From assembly GCF_963921235.1 (NCBI RefSeq), contig NC_086109.1, forward strand, positions 15,378,001-15,442,000: a stretch of DNA of 64,000 nt, read 5' to 3'. A model generated the notes under the pieces. It searched no databases and had not been told where the DNA came from. It saw nothing but the letters and a program-made list of their open reading frames with translations. This document shows, piece by piece, positions 1 to 12,464 of this stretch (positions are counted from its first letter, which is position 1; the number at the start of each line of letters is the position of its first letter). The stretch comes from Mobula hypostoma. Its lineage: Eukaryota. The position numbers were made by a program, and so were the translations under genes.

Positions 1-734
1 CCTGAACCGTTCATTCCTTGGACTGATCTTCCTCTCCCTCTACACGACTGTTGGTCATGGAAATATGACGTGATATGGTTTAGGGGGATTTCACGTTGTT
101 ATGATTCGATACTGGCCATTTAACTGAGGGTACCATTTGCGTGGTCCCCTGAGCTGGAGAGATCAAGGCTTGGTATAAACTACATGTGACCAAGCCTCAT
201 TACAGCAATTGGGATTTATCTTCATTCTCTCGCTGTAGGAGCCACACATCTGTTTTCTATCTGCATTGTATTCTGTGTTCCCTGTTTATTATGGTAGCTA
301 GTCATTTGGGTGACAGCGTGGTAACAGCAAAGGGTTTAGCTACCTATCCGTGCTTTGATCTGGTCAGTTTTTAGATCTATGGACCGCTGGCTGTCATATT
401 TTTGGTTGACTGCTTAACTTCGTTCAATTAAATTTGAAATCGCTTAACTTCATTTAAGTACATTTAATATCACTAGTTTTAATTTCATAAGTTTCATTGC
501 TTCAAGATTGTATGTTTTGCTAGTTGATAATAAAGGATTGAATACATTTATTTGACTTTTTTGAACATTATTATTGGATTAATCACAGGGAGCATCATAA
601 AAAATTAACTCCCCATGTGATTGCCAGCAAAATTTTGGAAGAACTCAGCAAGTCAAGCAGCATCTATGGAAATGAATAAACAGTTAAGGTCTCAGGCTGA
701 GTTGCTCGGTCCGAGATGTCAAATGTTATTTGAG

Positions 735-1131
735 TTCCTGTGGCCTTCCTGTCAACTTGAACTAGTCTGGCCATTCTCCTCTGACCTCTCTCATTAGTAA
801 GGTGGTTTTGTCCACAGAACTACCACTCACTGGATGTTTTTTGTTTTCTGCACCATTCTCTGTAAACTCTAGAAACTGTTTTGCGTGAAAATTCCAGGAG
901 ATTATCAGTTTCTGAGATACTCAAACTACCCCATCTGACACCAACAATCATTCCACAGTCAAAGTCACTTAGATCACATTTCGTCCCCATTCTGACATTT
1001 GGTCTGAACAACAGCTGAAGCTCTTGACCATCTCTGCATGCTTTTATGAATTGAGTTGCTGCCACATGATTGGCTGATCAGATATTTGCATTAATGAGCT
1101 GGTGTACCTAATAAAGTGGCCACTAAGTGTA
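735..1131 (-). mobile_element. Tc1/mariner DNA transposon fragment (left end plus transposase N-terminus)
   Basis: Minus strand TA-CACTTAGTGGCCACTTTATTAGGTACACC terminus; encodes MGTKCDLSDFDCGMIVG...SISETDNLLEFSRKTVSRVYREW (Tc1 HTH). Same family as 50671-51325. Confidence 0.8.
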
Positions 1132-1538
1132 TATCATAGGCAGAACCAAAGACTTCAGCAGAATCTACTGAAGTTTGTGGCCATTAATGTCAAGACTTCA
1201 GGTAGTGCAAATTCCTGTCAACTATGTTTGTGGTTACAGATGATTTGTGTAGCCTGCATACCAGTCCATTAATTAGAAAGAGATAAACTTCCAGAAGATG
1301 AAAAGCTTTAAAAACTGCTCAGGGCTGGATGATTATACTAAGAGAAACAATCAAACAATTTGAGAGGAACTTCAAGAAGTGTGACATTTAAAAGATCACT
1401 TGGCTTATAGCAAAAGGACTGCAATTAATACTTTTCCTGAAAGTATTTAGTCTTGTCTGAAATGAACTTTTATGGTAGGTTTTGAACTCATATGCTCTTG
1501 GTTATCAATTGAACCTATAGATTACTTACGTACTCAAC

Positions 1539-1620
1539 CAGAGGTTCCCACGCTGGGGTCCACTGACCCCTCAGTTAATGCTAGGGATCCATGGAATAAA
1601 AAAAAGTTTGGGAACCCCTA
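1539..1620. mobile_element. About 80-bp hAT-type MITE copy
   Basis: CAGAGGTTCCCA...TGGGAACCCCTA termini; homologous to copies at 9184, 10104 and 50941. Confidence 0.65.
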
Positions 1621-1957
1621 CTCTGGACAATTATATCCTCAAAATATATATGATCAAAAAATTGCTCAAAGGATTTTGATAATATCAGTAATATTTTGTT
1701 CTTTTTCCATCCATTCATTCATAGGATGTAAATGTGAGGCCAAAATTTGTTTCTCTTCTCCGTATGCCCCCTAAACCAGTGTTTTGCTTTGTCATTCATT
1801 ACAGTAGGTGGTTAAGAGTAATAAACGTAATTATGGACCTGGAGAAGCACATAGACCAGACAGGATAAACTCTAAAGATTTCCTTTCTGGAAGGCCATTT
1901 GTGAACCAATGGATGTGTTACAAACTCATGAACCTGACCCCACTATTCCTCTTTCAA

Positions 1958-2037
<80 letters not shown>
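1958..2037. repeat. (TCTG)n(TCTA)n microsatellite
   Basis: Direct reading. Confidence 0.95.
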
Positions 2038-2039
<2 letters not shown>

Positions 2040-2236
2040 AGACCATAAGAGATAGGAGCAGAATTAGGCCATTTGGCCCACTGAGTCCTCTAAGCCATTC
2101 CATCATGGCTGGTGTGTTATCCCTCTCAACCCCATTTGCCTGCCTTCTCCCCAAGACCTTCGAAACCCTGACTAATCAAGAACCTATCAACCTCCACTTT
2201 AAATATACCCAATGACTTGGCCTCCACAGCAGATTC
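2040..2236 (-). mobile_element. CR1-type LINE 3' end fragment
   Basis: Resembles the 3' ends of other CR1 copies in the window (atcatggctg..., tcaagaacctatcaacctcc). Confidence 0.6.
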
Positions 2237-2540
2237 ACCCTACTCACTATCTTTCTATCTTTTTGTCTTGCTTTCTGTCTCTCTATCTATCTATCTATCC
2301 ATCTACCTATCTATTTTAACTTATGTCATATTTTATGTTTTGCACTGTACTGCTGACACAAAGCATCAAGCTTCACAACACATGTCAGTGATAAGAAACG
2401 TGATTTGATTCTGAATCTGACAGACCAGTTGATTTATCGTCAATATTACTGATACTGGTTTGTTAATACCAGGTGAGTCCAGAAACAGACTCTTCAGCCC
2501 ACCAGGATCTTGCTTTCAAATATATGTAGATATGATTTAT

Positions 2541-3430
2541 AGAAACATAGAAACATAGAAAATAGGTGCAGCAGTAGGCCATTTGGCCCTTTGAGCCTGC
2601 ACCACCATTTATTATGATCATGGCTGATCATCCAACTCAAAACCCCGCCCCAGCCTTCCCTCCATACCCCCTGACCCCCGTAGCCACAAGGGCCATATCT
2701 AACTCCCTCTTAAATATAGCCAATGAACTGGCCTCAACAGTTTCCTGTGGCAGAGAATTCCACAGATTCACCACTCTCTGTGTGAAGAAGTTTTTCCTAA
2801 TCTCGGTCCTAAAAGGCTTCCCCTCTATCCTCAAACTGTGACCCCTTGTTCTGGACTTCCCCAACATCGGGAACAATCTTCCTGCATCTAGCCTGTCCAA
2901 TTCCTTTAGGATCTTATACGTTTCAATCAGATCCCCCCTCAATCTTCTAAATTCCAACGAGTACAAGCCCAGTTCATCCAGTCTTTCTTCATATGAAAGT
3001 CCTGCCATCCCAGGAATCAATCTGGTGAACCTTCTTTGTACTCCCTCTATGGCAAAGATGTCTTTCCTCAGATTAGGGGACCAAAACTGCACACAATACT
3101 CCAGGTGTGGTCTCACCAAGGCCTTTTACAACTGCAGTAGTACCTCCCTGCTCCTGTACTCGAATCCTCTCGCTATAAATGCCAGCATACCATTCGCCTT
3201 TTTCACCGCCTGCTGTACCTGCATGCCCACTTTCAATGACTGGTGTATAATGACACCCAGGTCTCGTTGCACCTCCCCTTTTCCTAATCGGCCACCATTC
3301 AGATAATAATCTGTTTTCCTATTTTTACCACCAAAGTGGATAACTTCACATTTATCCACATTAAATTGCATCTGCCATGAATTTGCCCACTCACCCAACC
3401 TATCCAAGTCACCCTGCATCCTCTTAGCAT
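2541..3430 (-). mobile_element. CR1 LINE, 5'-truncated, well preserved (ORF2 C-terminus, 3' UTR and 8-bp repeat tail)
   Basis: Encodes QGDLDRLGEWANSWQMQFNVDKCEVIHFG and RPHLEYCVQFWSP...RLRGDLIETYKI...TRGHSLRI...NFFTQRVVNLWNSLP, split by one stop; ends in (ATGTTTCT)n. Confidence 0.92.
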
Positions 3431-3461
3431 TCTATATTTCATATAGGTATGGTTTATTTTG

Positions 3462-3577
3462 ACCTGCAACCAAACCGGCCTGAAAATACCAGGGTTTGTC
3501 TGAGAGGCTAAGCTGGCTCAGGCTTGGTTAGTACTTGGATGGGTGATTGCTATAGACAACCAGGTGCTGGAGGCTTT
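3462..3577 (+). pseudogene. Degenerate 5S rRNA-derived sequence (5S pseudogene or SINE3-type head)
   Basis: GCTAAGC...GGCTTGGTTAGTACTTGGATGGGTGA...ACCAGGTGCTGGAGGCTTT is colinear with the 3' half of vertebrate 5S rRNA; the 5' half is more diverged. Confidence 0.8.
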
Positions 3578-3789
3578 AAGTGGCACAGTGGTGTAACTAG
3601 TAAACCTCATGCCTTACGGAAACATAGACACAAGGACAATCCTAGCCATGGATGCTATCTGTGTCTGATTGTGGGGGCTTCCAAGTACAGGTTAATGCTG
3701 TCTCTCAGCCTTTCAAAAAATGGTGTTATGCGTCACAAGCCTGTATTTAATTGGCTAATCCATGCTCCCCTTCTTGAATAGCTCATCTG

Positions 3790-4228
3790 CGGTCATCCGG
3801 TCACCTGCTACATTGAAACAGTGAGCTGTTGGTCTCTTCTCTCACTGTGGAAGGGGTGACACCCCTCTTTCCCTTGTTATTGAGAGGGAGAGCCTGTAGC
3901 ATGTCAAAGTGCTAGGTTATCGACTGTAGTTTCTGATGTACCTAGATCTTGCTCACTTTGAAGGGCTTTGCTACTGATTGCATGGTGGGAGGTATGTGTG
4001 TGACATGTGTGTATGTGGAGGGGGGGGGAGGTTGTGGGGCTATGCTTCCTGCTGGAACAAGTAGGGGGAGAGGGGGGAAAAGGTTGATGCTTTCTTGCTG
4101 CTTGTGCATGGGAGGGAGAGGGGGGCTTTAGGGTTCTAATGCTTTTTTTCTATCATTCATTGGGAGTTTCTTCTGTTTCATGGATGTCTGTGAAGAGTAA
4201 TAATGTCAGTTTGTATACTGTATACTTT
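3790..4228 (+). repeat. Unclassified interspersed repeat (retroposon 3' UTR-like); inverted homolog at about 56930-57215
   Basis: Shares TTTCTTCTGTTTCATGGATGTCTGTGAAGAGTAA with the reverse complement of 56932-56966. Confidence 0.55.
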
Positions 4229-4229
4229 A

Positions 4230-4530
4230 TAGGCATCCGTTAGTCTCATGAGACCATGGATTTGTGCCTTGGAAGGTTTCCAGGGCGCAGGCCTGGGCAA
4301 GGTTGTATGGAAGACCAGCAGTTGCTCATGCTGCATGTCTCCCCTCTCCACACCACCGATGTTGTCCAAGAGAGGGGCATTAGGACCCATACAGCTTGGC
4401 ACCGGTATCATCGCAGAGCAATGTGTGGTTAAGTGCCTTGCTCAAGGACACGCTTCACTTCCTCAGCCAAGGCTCGAACTAGCGACCTTCAGATCACTAG
4501 ATGAAAGCCTTACCCACTTGGCCACGCGCC
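4230..4530 (-). mobile_element. tRNA-derived SINE with CORE-like central domain
   Basis: Minus strand: A box TGGCCAAGTGG, B box AGTTCGAGCC, then GTGTCCTTGAGCAAGGCACTTAACC; second copy at 60973-61277. Confidence 0.8.
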
Positions 4531-5869
4531 GACAGGTACATTCTCTGATATTAAGATGAACCATTGAATCATTGAACCTGCAGCCGGTGAAAATTGAAAA
4601 ATCTCTGACAGGCCTCCAGCAATCAGTATCCTGGGATGGATCTCGTCAAGCACCTGGGGTTTATCCATCACAAAGCCTCCTAAGACATCTAATATCTCCT
4701 TTTTAATGATAACATGTTCTAGAATTTCACCTTCTCCTTCCCTGAATTCCCCAAGTTTCATGAGTACAGCTGAGGTGAGTGCTGTACGTTTAAGGTACCT
4801 ATGTCCTCTGTCTCACTGCTCAGATTGCCATTAAAGTCCCTAAAGGGAATTGTCTAAGTCTGTGGTTCTTTTGCACCCTTTTTATATGATCTGCATTAAC
4901 GTTTTCCCATCCCATGGCAAGAGATCTCCAGTACAATAATTTATACATATTGTTTCCTTATCTACGAAACCCAAGAAGTATGGCTGCCTCACAAGGCATT
5001 TAGATGCAACGAACCATGCAGAATTTACGAGATGTGCTTCAAGAGTAATTGAAAGCAAAAGGTGTTACATCAACACGAGATTTAGAAACTGATCTGATGT
5101 GTGCTATAAGGTTCCACAGGACCCTGAAGCAGGTACTTTGCTTTTTGTGGTTATATATTAACAATTTGGACTAAAAAATAGGGGACATGATTGATAAACA
5201 TGCCAACAGCACAAATGTGTTTGTTTTGCAATGAGGGAAAAAGTTGTAGGATGCTGAATATATCAGTGAACTTCAGAGGGTAGTTATATTGGTCCTGGAT
5301 GAACGGAAATGAAGTACTCACCTTTCCTTCCACCTTGGGAAAAAAAGAGCTCTTGAATACATTTTCCCCCTTGGAAGCAAATCACTGTTTCTTTTTTCAG
5401 TAGCATAAACATCAACTGCTTAAAATGATGCCTTGCTCTGCTTTCCACTGAATGATTTTGTGAGACGCTTTCCTTAATGCTAAATCTGACTGGGTCACAC
5501 AACCCTGCCAAAATGCTCATTTCTTACTTCTCGAATGACTGAGCAGCCACTTAACTGCTACAAATAATGGCAAAGACTATTGAGGCAGCTGTGGAGTGTG
5601 CAAAAACTGCAGCAATTATATCTTGGAAACAGATTTATGAAGCATAGATCATCGATACGGTCAATTTCTGTTTTTAAAAGGCTGCTTTATTGGTCTGGAA
5701 ACCCGGGAGTTAAAATCAGAAATGATGAGGGCAGCTTTGAGGGGTGCTGGGAGACTAAGAACCTTCTCCTGTACTATCTTCATGTCTGTGAGTCTGTCAA
5801 AGGTGATCTGTCACTGACCTGTCCGCAAACTTTGTACAGTTCATCATAAACGGAAGAGATTAATTTTAA

Positions 5870-5992
5870 GACACACAGTTGCTGGAAATCCAGAGCAACA
5901 CACAAAAAATGCTGGAGGAACTCAACTGGTCAGGCAGCATCTATGGAGAGGAATAAACAGACGACGTTTGGGGCTGAGACCCTTCATCAGGC
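5870..5992 (-). mobile_element. Penelope-like element terminal repeat with mutated hammerhead motif
   Basis: Minus strand CTGATGA-A-GGGTCTCAGCCC-CAAAC-GTC, followed by the family body ...GATGCTGCCTGACC...GAGTTCCTCCAGC. Confidence 0.7.
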
Positions 5993-5994
5993 GC

Positions 5995-6502
5995 TAGGAA
6001 ATTTGTTGATTTGCAGCAAAAGTACAAAGCAAGACATAAAAATTACTGTAAATTACATTAAGTATATATAAAATATAAATAATGCAAAAAGACAGCAAAA
6101 AGATAGTGAGGTAATGTTCATGGGTCCATGGACTGTTTAGAAATCTGATGGCAGAAGAGAAGAAGCTGTTCCTAACATGTTGAGTGTGCACCTTCAGGCT
6201 CCTGTAGCTCCTCCCTAATCATAGCAATGAGACAAATGATGTCTTGGATGCTGAGGGTTTTTAATGATATTTGCCATCTTCTCAGGGTATGACCTTTTGA
6301 AGATGTCCTGGATAGTGGGGAGGTTGGTGCCCATGATGGAGTTGGCTGATTTTGAAACCCTCTGCAGCTTTTCCCAATTCCGTCCATTGGTGCCTCCAAA
6401 CCAGACGGCAATGCGACTAGTCAGAGTGCTCTCCACTGTACCACTGTAGAAATTTGTTAGAGTCTTCGGTGAAATACCATACCATGCATGGTGTAGCACC
6501 AT
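5995..6502 (-). mobile_element. Rex1/Babar LINE 3' fragment
   Basis: Encodes KTLTNFYSGTVESTLTSRIAVWFG and RNSFFSSAIRFLN. Confidence 0.8.
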
Positions 6503-7011
6503 CTGAAGATGCAGGTGCTGAGAAATTCATCTCTGTTTGAAGTGTAGAGCATGTTACAGAGGGAAAGGAGCATGTTATATTCTGCTTCAGAACCAGAGGT
6601 CATCTTTCTATTGGCTTTAAGTGCCACAGAACAGTATCTATTTCTTCAGGCTCAAAATAACTGAAGATGCTGGAAATCTGAAAGAAAAATATTAGCACCA
6701 TAGCGATATTTCCTTCTGCCTCTCTTCTTATCTGAAACTGTTTTGCCTGCTGCTGAGTGCTTCAAGCATTTTTCCTGGGATAAATTTCTTGGTTTTGTTT
6801 TCGATGTCTACACACTGTTTCACCAGGGGCATAGGTGGGAATGTAAATTTGAATATTTTGTTGGAGAATTTTTAAACAGGTGCATATTGTACGCTCACAG
6901 GTGCGTTACATCTGGTTCTCCCCCTCCTTCCCTTTCTTTCATGGTCCACTGTTCTACCCAATTAGATTCTTTCTCCTTCAGCCCTTTAAGTTCAGAATCA
7001 GAATCAGGTTT

Positions 7012-7337
7012 ACTATGAGAGGCATTGATCGTGTAGATAGTCAGAGGCCTTTTCCCAGGGCTAAATTGGCTAGCATGAGAGGGCACAGTCCTAAGATGCT
7101 TGGAAGTAGGTACTGGGGAGATGTTAAAAGTAAGTTTTTTACGCAGAGAGTGGTGAGTGCGTGGAATGGGCTGCCAGCGACGGTAGTGGAGGCAGATACA
7201 ATTCGGTCTTTTAAAAGACTCCTGGATAGGTACATAGAGCTTAGAAAAATGGAGGGCTATAGGTAACCCTAGGTAAATTCTAAGGTAAGGACATGTTCAT
7301 CACTGCTTTGTGCTGTAGGTTTTTCTATGTTTCTATG
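7012..7337 (+). mobile_element. CR1 LINE 3' end
   Basis: Encodes MRGIDRVD...RGHS...FFTQRVVSAWNGLP; TTCTATGTTTCTAT tail. Confidence 0.8.
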
Positions 7338-7339
7338 AT

Positions 7340-8612
7340 TCTTTCTATCACCGGCATGTGTTGTGAAATTTCTTGTCTCTGCAGCAGCAATACAATGCAA
7401 TACAAAATAACAGAATAAGCTCTGAATTACAGTAGGTATGCAAATTAAATAGATAGATTAAATAAGTAGTGTAAAAATAAAAATTAACGAAGTGAGGTAG
7501 TGTTCATGGGCTCAATACCCATTCAGAAATCGGATGACAGAGGGGAAGAAGCTGTTCCTGAATCATTGAATGGTCCTGTATCTCCTCCCTGATGGTAGCA
7601 ATGAGAACAGGGCTTGTGCTGGGTGATGGGGGTCTTTTTAAGCATCGCTCCTTGAAGATGTCCTGGATACTATGGAGGTTACTGCCCATGATGGAGCTGA
7701 CTGAGTTTACAACTCTCTGTAGCCTACTTTGATCCTGTGCAGTAGCACCTCATCCCCCAGCCCTGCCACACCAGACGGTGATGCTAGTTAGAATCCTCTC
7801 CATGGGGCATCAGTAGAAATCTGCATTCTTCCGCCTATCCCTCCCAGCTTTTTACTTCACACACCACTCCCTCACCCACCCACCTTCTCCCTCACCTGGA
7901 CTCAGCTACCACCTGTCAGACTGTACTCCATCGACTCCCCTGCACCTCCTTATTCTGGCTTCTAATCTCTACTAACAATGCATAAACAACAGGAAAATAT
8001 GTCAAGAGACATACAACATTATCAGTAAAACAGTAACACCTTTGAATACTTTCATTGGCTCACTATCTCTAATTTCAAAGTAAACTTATTATCAAAGTAC
8101 TGTATGTATATGTCACCTTCTTGCAGGCATTCACAGTGCAACAGAGAAATACATCAGAAAAAATGAAAAATTACACATGAAAAATGACAAACAACTAATG
8201 TACAAAAGAAGACACACTGCGCAAATACAAAAGATGATAATAAGAAGAAATAATGCTGAGAACATGAGTTGTAGAGTCCTTGAAAGTGAGTTTGTAGGCT
8301 GTGGAATCAGCTCAGAGTTGGGGTTAGTTAAGTTATCCACACTGGTTCAGGAGCCTGATGGTTGAAGGGTAATAACTATTCCTGAACCTGGTGTTGTGGG
8401 ACATCCTGTACCTCTTTCCAAATGGCAGTAGTGAGAAGAGAGCATGGTCTCTGTCCTTGATAATGGATGGTGTTTTCGTTAATGGTGGTGAGGGTTTGTC
8501 CTGTGATGGACTGGGCTGTGTCCACTATTTTTTGTAGACTTTTCCATTCTTGGGCATTGACATTTCCTTAACGAGCCATGATGCAACCAGTCAGGATACT
8601 CTGTACTTCACA
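7340..8612 (-). mobile_element. Cluster of Rex1/Babar 3' fragments with an intervening Penelope pyrimidine-rich piece (about 7825-7965)
   Basis: Recurrent gaagaagctgttcctgaatc / atgatggagctgactgag / gatgcaaccagtcaggat motifs shared with other Rex copies. Confidence 0.65.
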
Positions 8613-9183
8613 GCTATAGAAGCACTTTGCATCTATCTGAGGGGAAACCATCATGGGCATGACTTTACAAAGAGGGGTCGAAAAGGATAAAATGCTCTTT
8701 AAAGAGGATTGATGGGAATGGTTATTTCCTCATGTCTGCGAGGACCACATCCTCCCATTAAAATAAAAACAGTGGAGGATGTAGAAGGAACATTGTTACA
8801 TTCATTGGAGAAATGAATAGACTCAGATGGTTGTCGAAATGATAATATTATTTCTACATTTAATAACAAAAAGGAATCTCAGAAACTAAAGACCATTTAA
8901 TGTAATGTTTTTGGTAGGGAAGGTAATGGAATTTTTGCTCTGCAAAATAATAAAAATGCATTGAGAAATTGAAAATATAAATGTGCAAATTTCAAAAGAC
9001 AAGAGTGTGCTTATCCAAGCTTTTTGAATTCTTTAAGATCCAACTCAAAGTGCAGATGGGGTTTTTCGAAGGGCCCTGAGGGTAGGCTCACGACCAAGTT
9101 CAGAACTTGTGGGGTCGGGAGACAGAAACAGTAGCAGTAGAAATATTGTGATCATTTGAGTTGACTATGATATCCTCCTAAGG

Positions 9184-9262
9184 CAGGGGTTGCCAACCTG
9201 GCGTCCATGGACCCCTGGCTTAATGGTATTGGTGAATGGCATAAAAAAGATTGGGGACCCTT
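9184..9262. mobile_element. About 80-bp hAT-type MITE copy
   Basis: CAGGGGTTGCCAACCTGG...TTGGGGACCC. Confidence 0.7.
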
Positions 9263-9279
9263 AAGACTTAAGAGGTTGT

Positions 9280-10080
9280 CTTTTGCTGGGACATCTGGTG
9301 GCCGTAGAGGCCATTCCTGTATCCACATAGTCTGGTGGGCAAAAGTACGTGGTGGTTGTGGTTAGTAGTTGGGTCCTTTGGTTGTACAGCCTCTCCTTTT
9401 GCAGCTGCCACTTGCTCTCTGTGACACAGCGAAGGTCGATCTCAAGTCGGAGTGCTCTCTGTTGTACAGATTTCCTCCAGGTGTACCTATTGAGCATCCT
9501 TAGCACTGTCAGCAATCCCTCCCATCCATCCAACAATCTCTTTGACACCCCCTACCATCAGGCAGGAGGTACTGTAGCATTAGGACAAGAGCTGTTAGGA
9601 TGGAAACAGCTTCTTCTCCCAGGCTGTAAGGCTATTGAGCACCCTGCCACCTTCCAAGTCTCATCACCTTTGAAGTGCCAGTCATGTTATACTGTTCACT
9701 TTTTAACTTCTGTCCTAAATGCACCTTGTTATTTGTTAATTTATTTGTGGTAATATTATTTTATGTGCTGTGTGTGTGAGCTATATGTACTGCATTGTGC
9801 ACCTTATTCCAGAGGAACATTATCTTGTTTGGGCCTTTACATATATACTGTTGAATGACAACAAACTTGAACTTGAGTGCAATATCTTTCCAAGTTTTTG
9901 ATGTAATGTTGAATTTCTTTACACTGATTCTGATATTACCTTTGAAGCATTTCCTTTGCCCACCAAGGGCTCGCTGACCTTCCTTCAACTGGGAGTTAAG
10001 GATCTGTTTAGGGAGATGTGAGTTAGGCATCCGAATGACATGAACTATCCAGAGAGTGGATATTAAGCTGACCACAGAGC
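9280..10080 (-). mobile_element. Old RTE LINE 3' fragment interrupted by a plus-strand Rex-type fragment (about 9495-9872)
   Basis: Minus strand HVIRMPNSHLPKQILNSQL...WKDIAL | NRYTWRKSV...RLCGYRNGLYGHQ; the insert is flanked by TTGAG repeats and ends in (TTGAAC)n. Confidence 0.7.
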
Positions 10081-10103
10081 CCAAAATTGGTGAGAGTCTA
10101 AAG

Positions 10104-10170
10104 AAGGGCCCATGGACTCCTGGCTTAATGGTATTGGTCCATGACAGAAAAAAAGGTTGGTGACCCCCTG
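10104..10170. mobile_element. hAT-type MITE copy with perfect 8-bp TSD
   Basis: GTCTAAAG at 10096-10103 and 10171-10178; left part internally deleted. Confidence 0.8.
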
Positions 10171-10238
10171 GTCTAAAGAACGCTGTTCAGATTAGCAAAA
10201 GATATTGAGTTGTGTTTGTGGGTATTCATGCCAAAAGC

Positions 10239-10948
10239 CAGACATCCCACCTCTCCTGGAAGTTCCAGGAGTCTCACGCATATTGATAGTGGCTCCCTGA
10301 CGCCTGCAAATTATATACAATATCCTGGAAATTGATGAGTGAGTGTGTGAGTGAGTGAGTGAGATATATATATATCCATCCTGATTGGTCTCTGTTTGTG
10401 CTAAGTAGACATATCAGTTTTCTCTGGGTGGGCTTTACAGTTGACCTCTCTCTCTCTTTCATTGTCCATCAGTCCAGTTTAGTGTCCTGCAGTGCCATGG
10501 CAGAGTATTCCAAAAAAAGAAAATATAAAACGTACTTCACCCCAGACTACACTAAAGTTTACCCCTGCCTGATAGGGGTCAAAATAATGACAGTGTTGCT
10601 CGCTGCACTATTTGCAACAGTGATGTTTCTATTGCCCATGGTGGGTTAAATGACTGTAAAAGACATGCTGAGGTGAGTTTAACAGGTGTCATTCAATCAT
10701 TAGCATAGCTCACCTTATTTAAACTAGCTGGCTAGCTGCTAAGGAGCTACTCTATTGACGTCCTATGAGTGATGAGGCCAACCTCCCTGTAGACTTGCTT
10801 AAAGTTGTCATAGAATAAAAATATGACTCCATGATAATATAATATAATATAAGTACATATTTTAATGTTACATTTTCTGCATAAGATAATAAGGCGGGGG
10901 TGGTGATGCTAACTCCCTGAAATGAGTTTTTGCAGGGTGGGATGTCTG
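10239..10948 (+). mobile_element. Internally deleted hAT-like DNA transposon retaining the first transposase exon
   Basis: 13-bp perfect TIR CAGACATCCCACC...GGTGGGATGTCTG; frameshifted MAEYSKKRKYKTYF...ARCTICNSDVSIAHGGLNDCKRHAE zinc-finger-like start followed by a GTGAGT donor. Confidence 0.75.
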
Positions 10949-12129
10949 CAAAACCATTCTTGTCTATAATTTATGGTACTGATATGGACTTAGATATCTC
11001 TTTAAACATTCCCTGCCGACGTCAGATATGGAGATGGAGTTGACTTAATGGAACAATGCAACATATCCAGGTATGCGGTAATAAATTTGCAGGATGCTCA
11101 TGAATTGACAAACAAATTTCAGCGAGGCTGAGTCAGAGGAGATACATTATATAAGAGCAAGGAATCCAAATAGTGTTTGGATAATAGGAATTTGAATGAA
11201 GCAGCGAGGGATCCAGGAATGCAGACAAACAAATCATTAAATGTAACGATATGTTAATAAGGCAATAAAAGAAAGCAAACCCACCGGGGTTCATTTCTAG
11301 AATGATAGAATTGTAAAGCTGAAAATTTATATCAAGTTTCTTTAGAAGCTTGGTTAGATTACTGTACATTTGTAATGCAGAATTCTAGTTTCCATATACT
11401 ATAGTAGAGCTACTAGGACTTGATGAAAGAACATAGTAACTTTGCAGAAGGTGTGGAAGTGAATTATCAGAATAATACCAGAGCTAAGAGAACAGAGAGA
11501 AGATACTTATCAAGGAAGGCTAAACTTTCCTCTGGAAACTAAAAAGGTTAAGATTGATCTTATGGCTTTTTTTTAAAATGATTAGTAACTTTTTAACCCC
11601 CAACAAAACATTCCTCTCCCTGCTATCTGTGTGAATTGAACTCAATTAACTGTATTTGACTCTAAAAGAACAAACACAAGACGCTGGAGGAACACAGCAG
11701 GTCAGGAGGCATCTATGAAGAGGAATAAACGGTCAACATTTTGGGACGAGATGCTTCATTCCGATTGGAAAGGAAAGGGGAAGGAGCCAGAACTTGTCTC
11801 CAAAAGACTTTTCAGATCACATATCCACACTGACTGTCCATTTTTTCAGACCTGCCTACTTTACTTTATCCTCCATGAAAATTGTCCCTGAAAGCATTCC
11901 TTTGCAATTTATCATCAAGGGTCAAATCTTGGAGACAGGCATTTTTCGTTAACCTTGGTCGCCATCTTCCCTTTGTACTAATACTCAAAATGGGGTCCAT
12001 TCTGCTCGAGGCTTCATTGGGAAGCTGCTTTGATGTAGTTTCTCTGACTGCGATGAACACAATGATGCTGGGATCAAGGTGTACAGTTTGCTTGCCATTC
12101 TTTCTCAATGAATGTGAATTTTATTTTAC

Positions 12130-12345
12130 AGCATGGTAGCAGGCTCTTCTGGCTCTACGAGCCCGTGCTGCCTAATTACACCCATGCGACCAATTAACCT
12201 TCTAACGTGTACACCTTTGGAACATGGGAGGAAACCAGAGCACTCGGAAGAAATACATGTGGTCATGGGGAGAACGTACAGATCTCATTCAGACAGTGGT
12301 GGAAATGAACCCATGTCACTGGAGGTGTAATAGTGTTACACTAAC
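12130..12345 (-). mobile_element. V-domain tRNA-derived SINE
   Basis: Minus strand GAGTGCTCTGGTTTTCCTCCCATGTTCCAAAG (V-domain-like); related copies at 15600, 20135, 36815, 47760 and 49515. Confidence 0.7.
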
Positions 12346-12464
12346 TTTAAAAACAAGAGTGATAATTTTAGAATTGAGATTTTGTTTCACTAGGTCAGAA
12401 AGCACGAAAGTGACGGGTAAATGCAAGTCAGGATCCAAACTGCAAAGTTTTGGATGAGTTTGAA

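Noticed and set aside
1..560. Possible LTR-like sequence at the window start
   Set aside because: No termini or TSD are visible within the window.
3462..3577. Functional 5S rRNA gene
   Set aside because: Single copy with many substitutions and a deletion; not in a tandem array.
5284..5520. Possible minus-strand exon with a GTGAGT donor near 5316-5321
   Set aside because: No recognisable protein similarity and no supporting partner exons.
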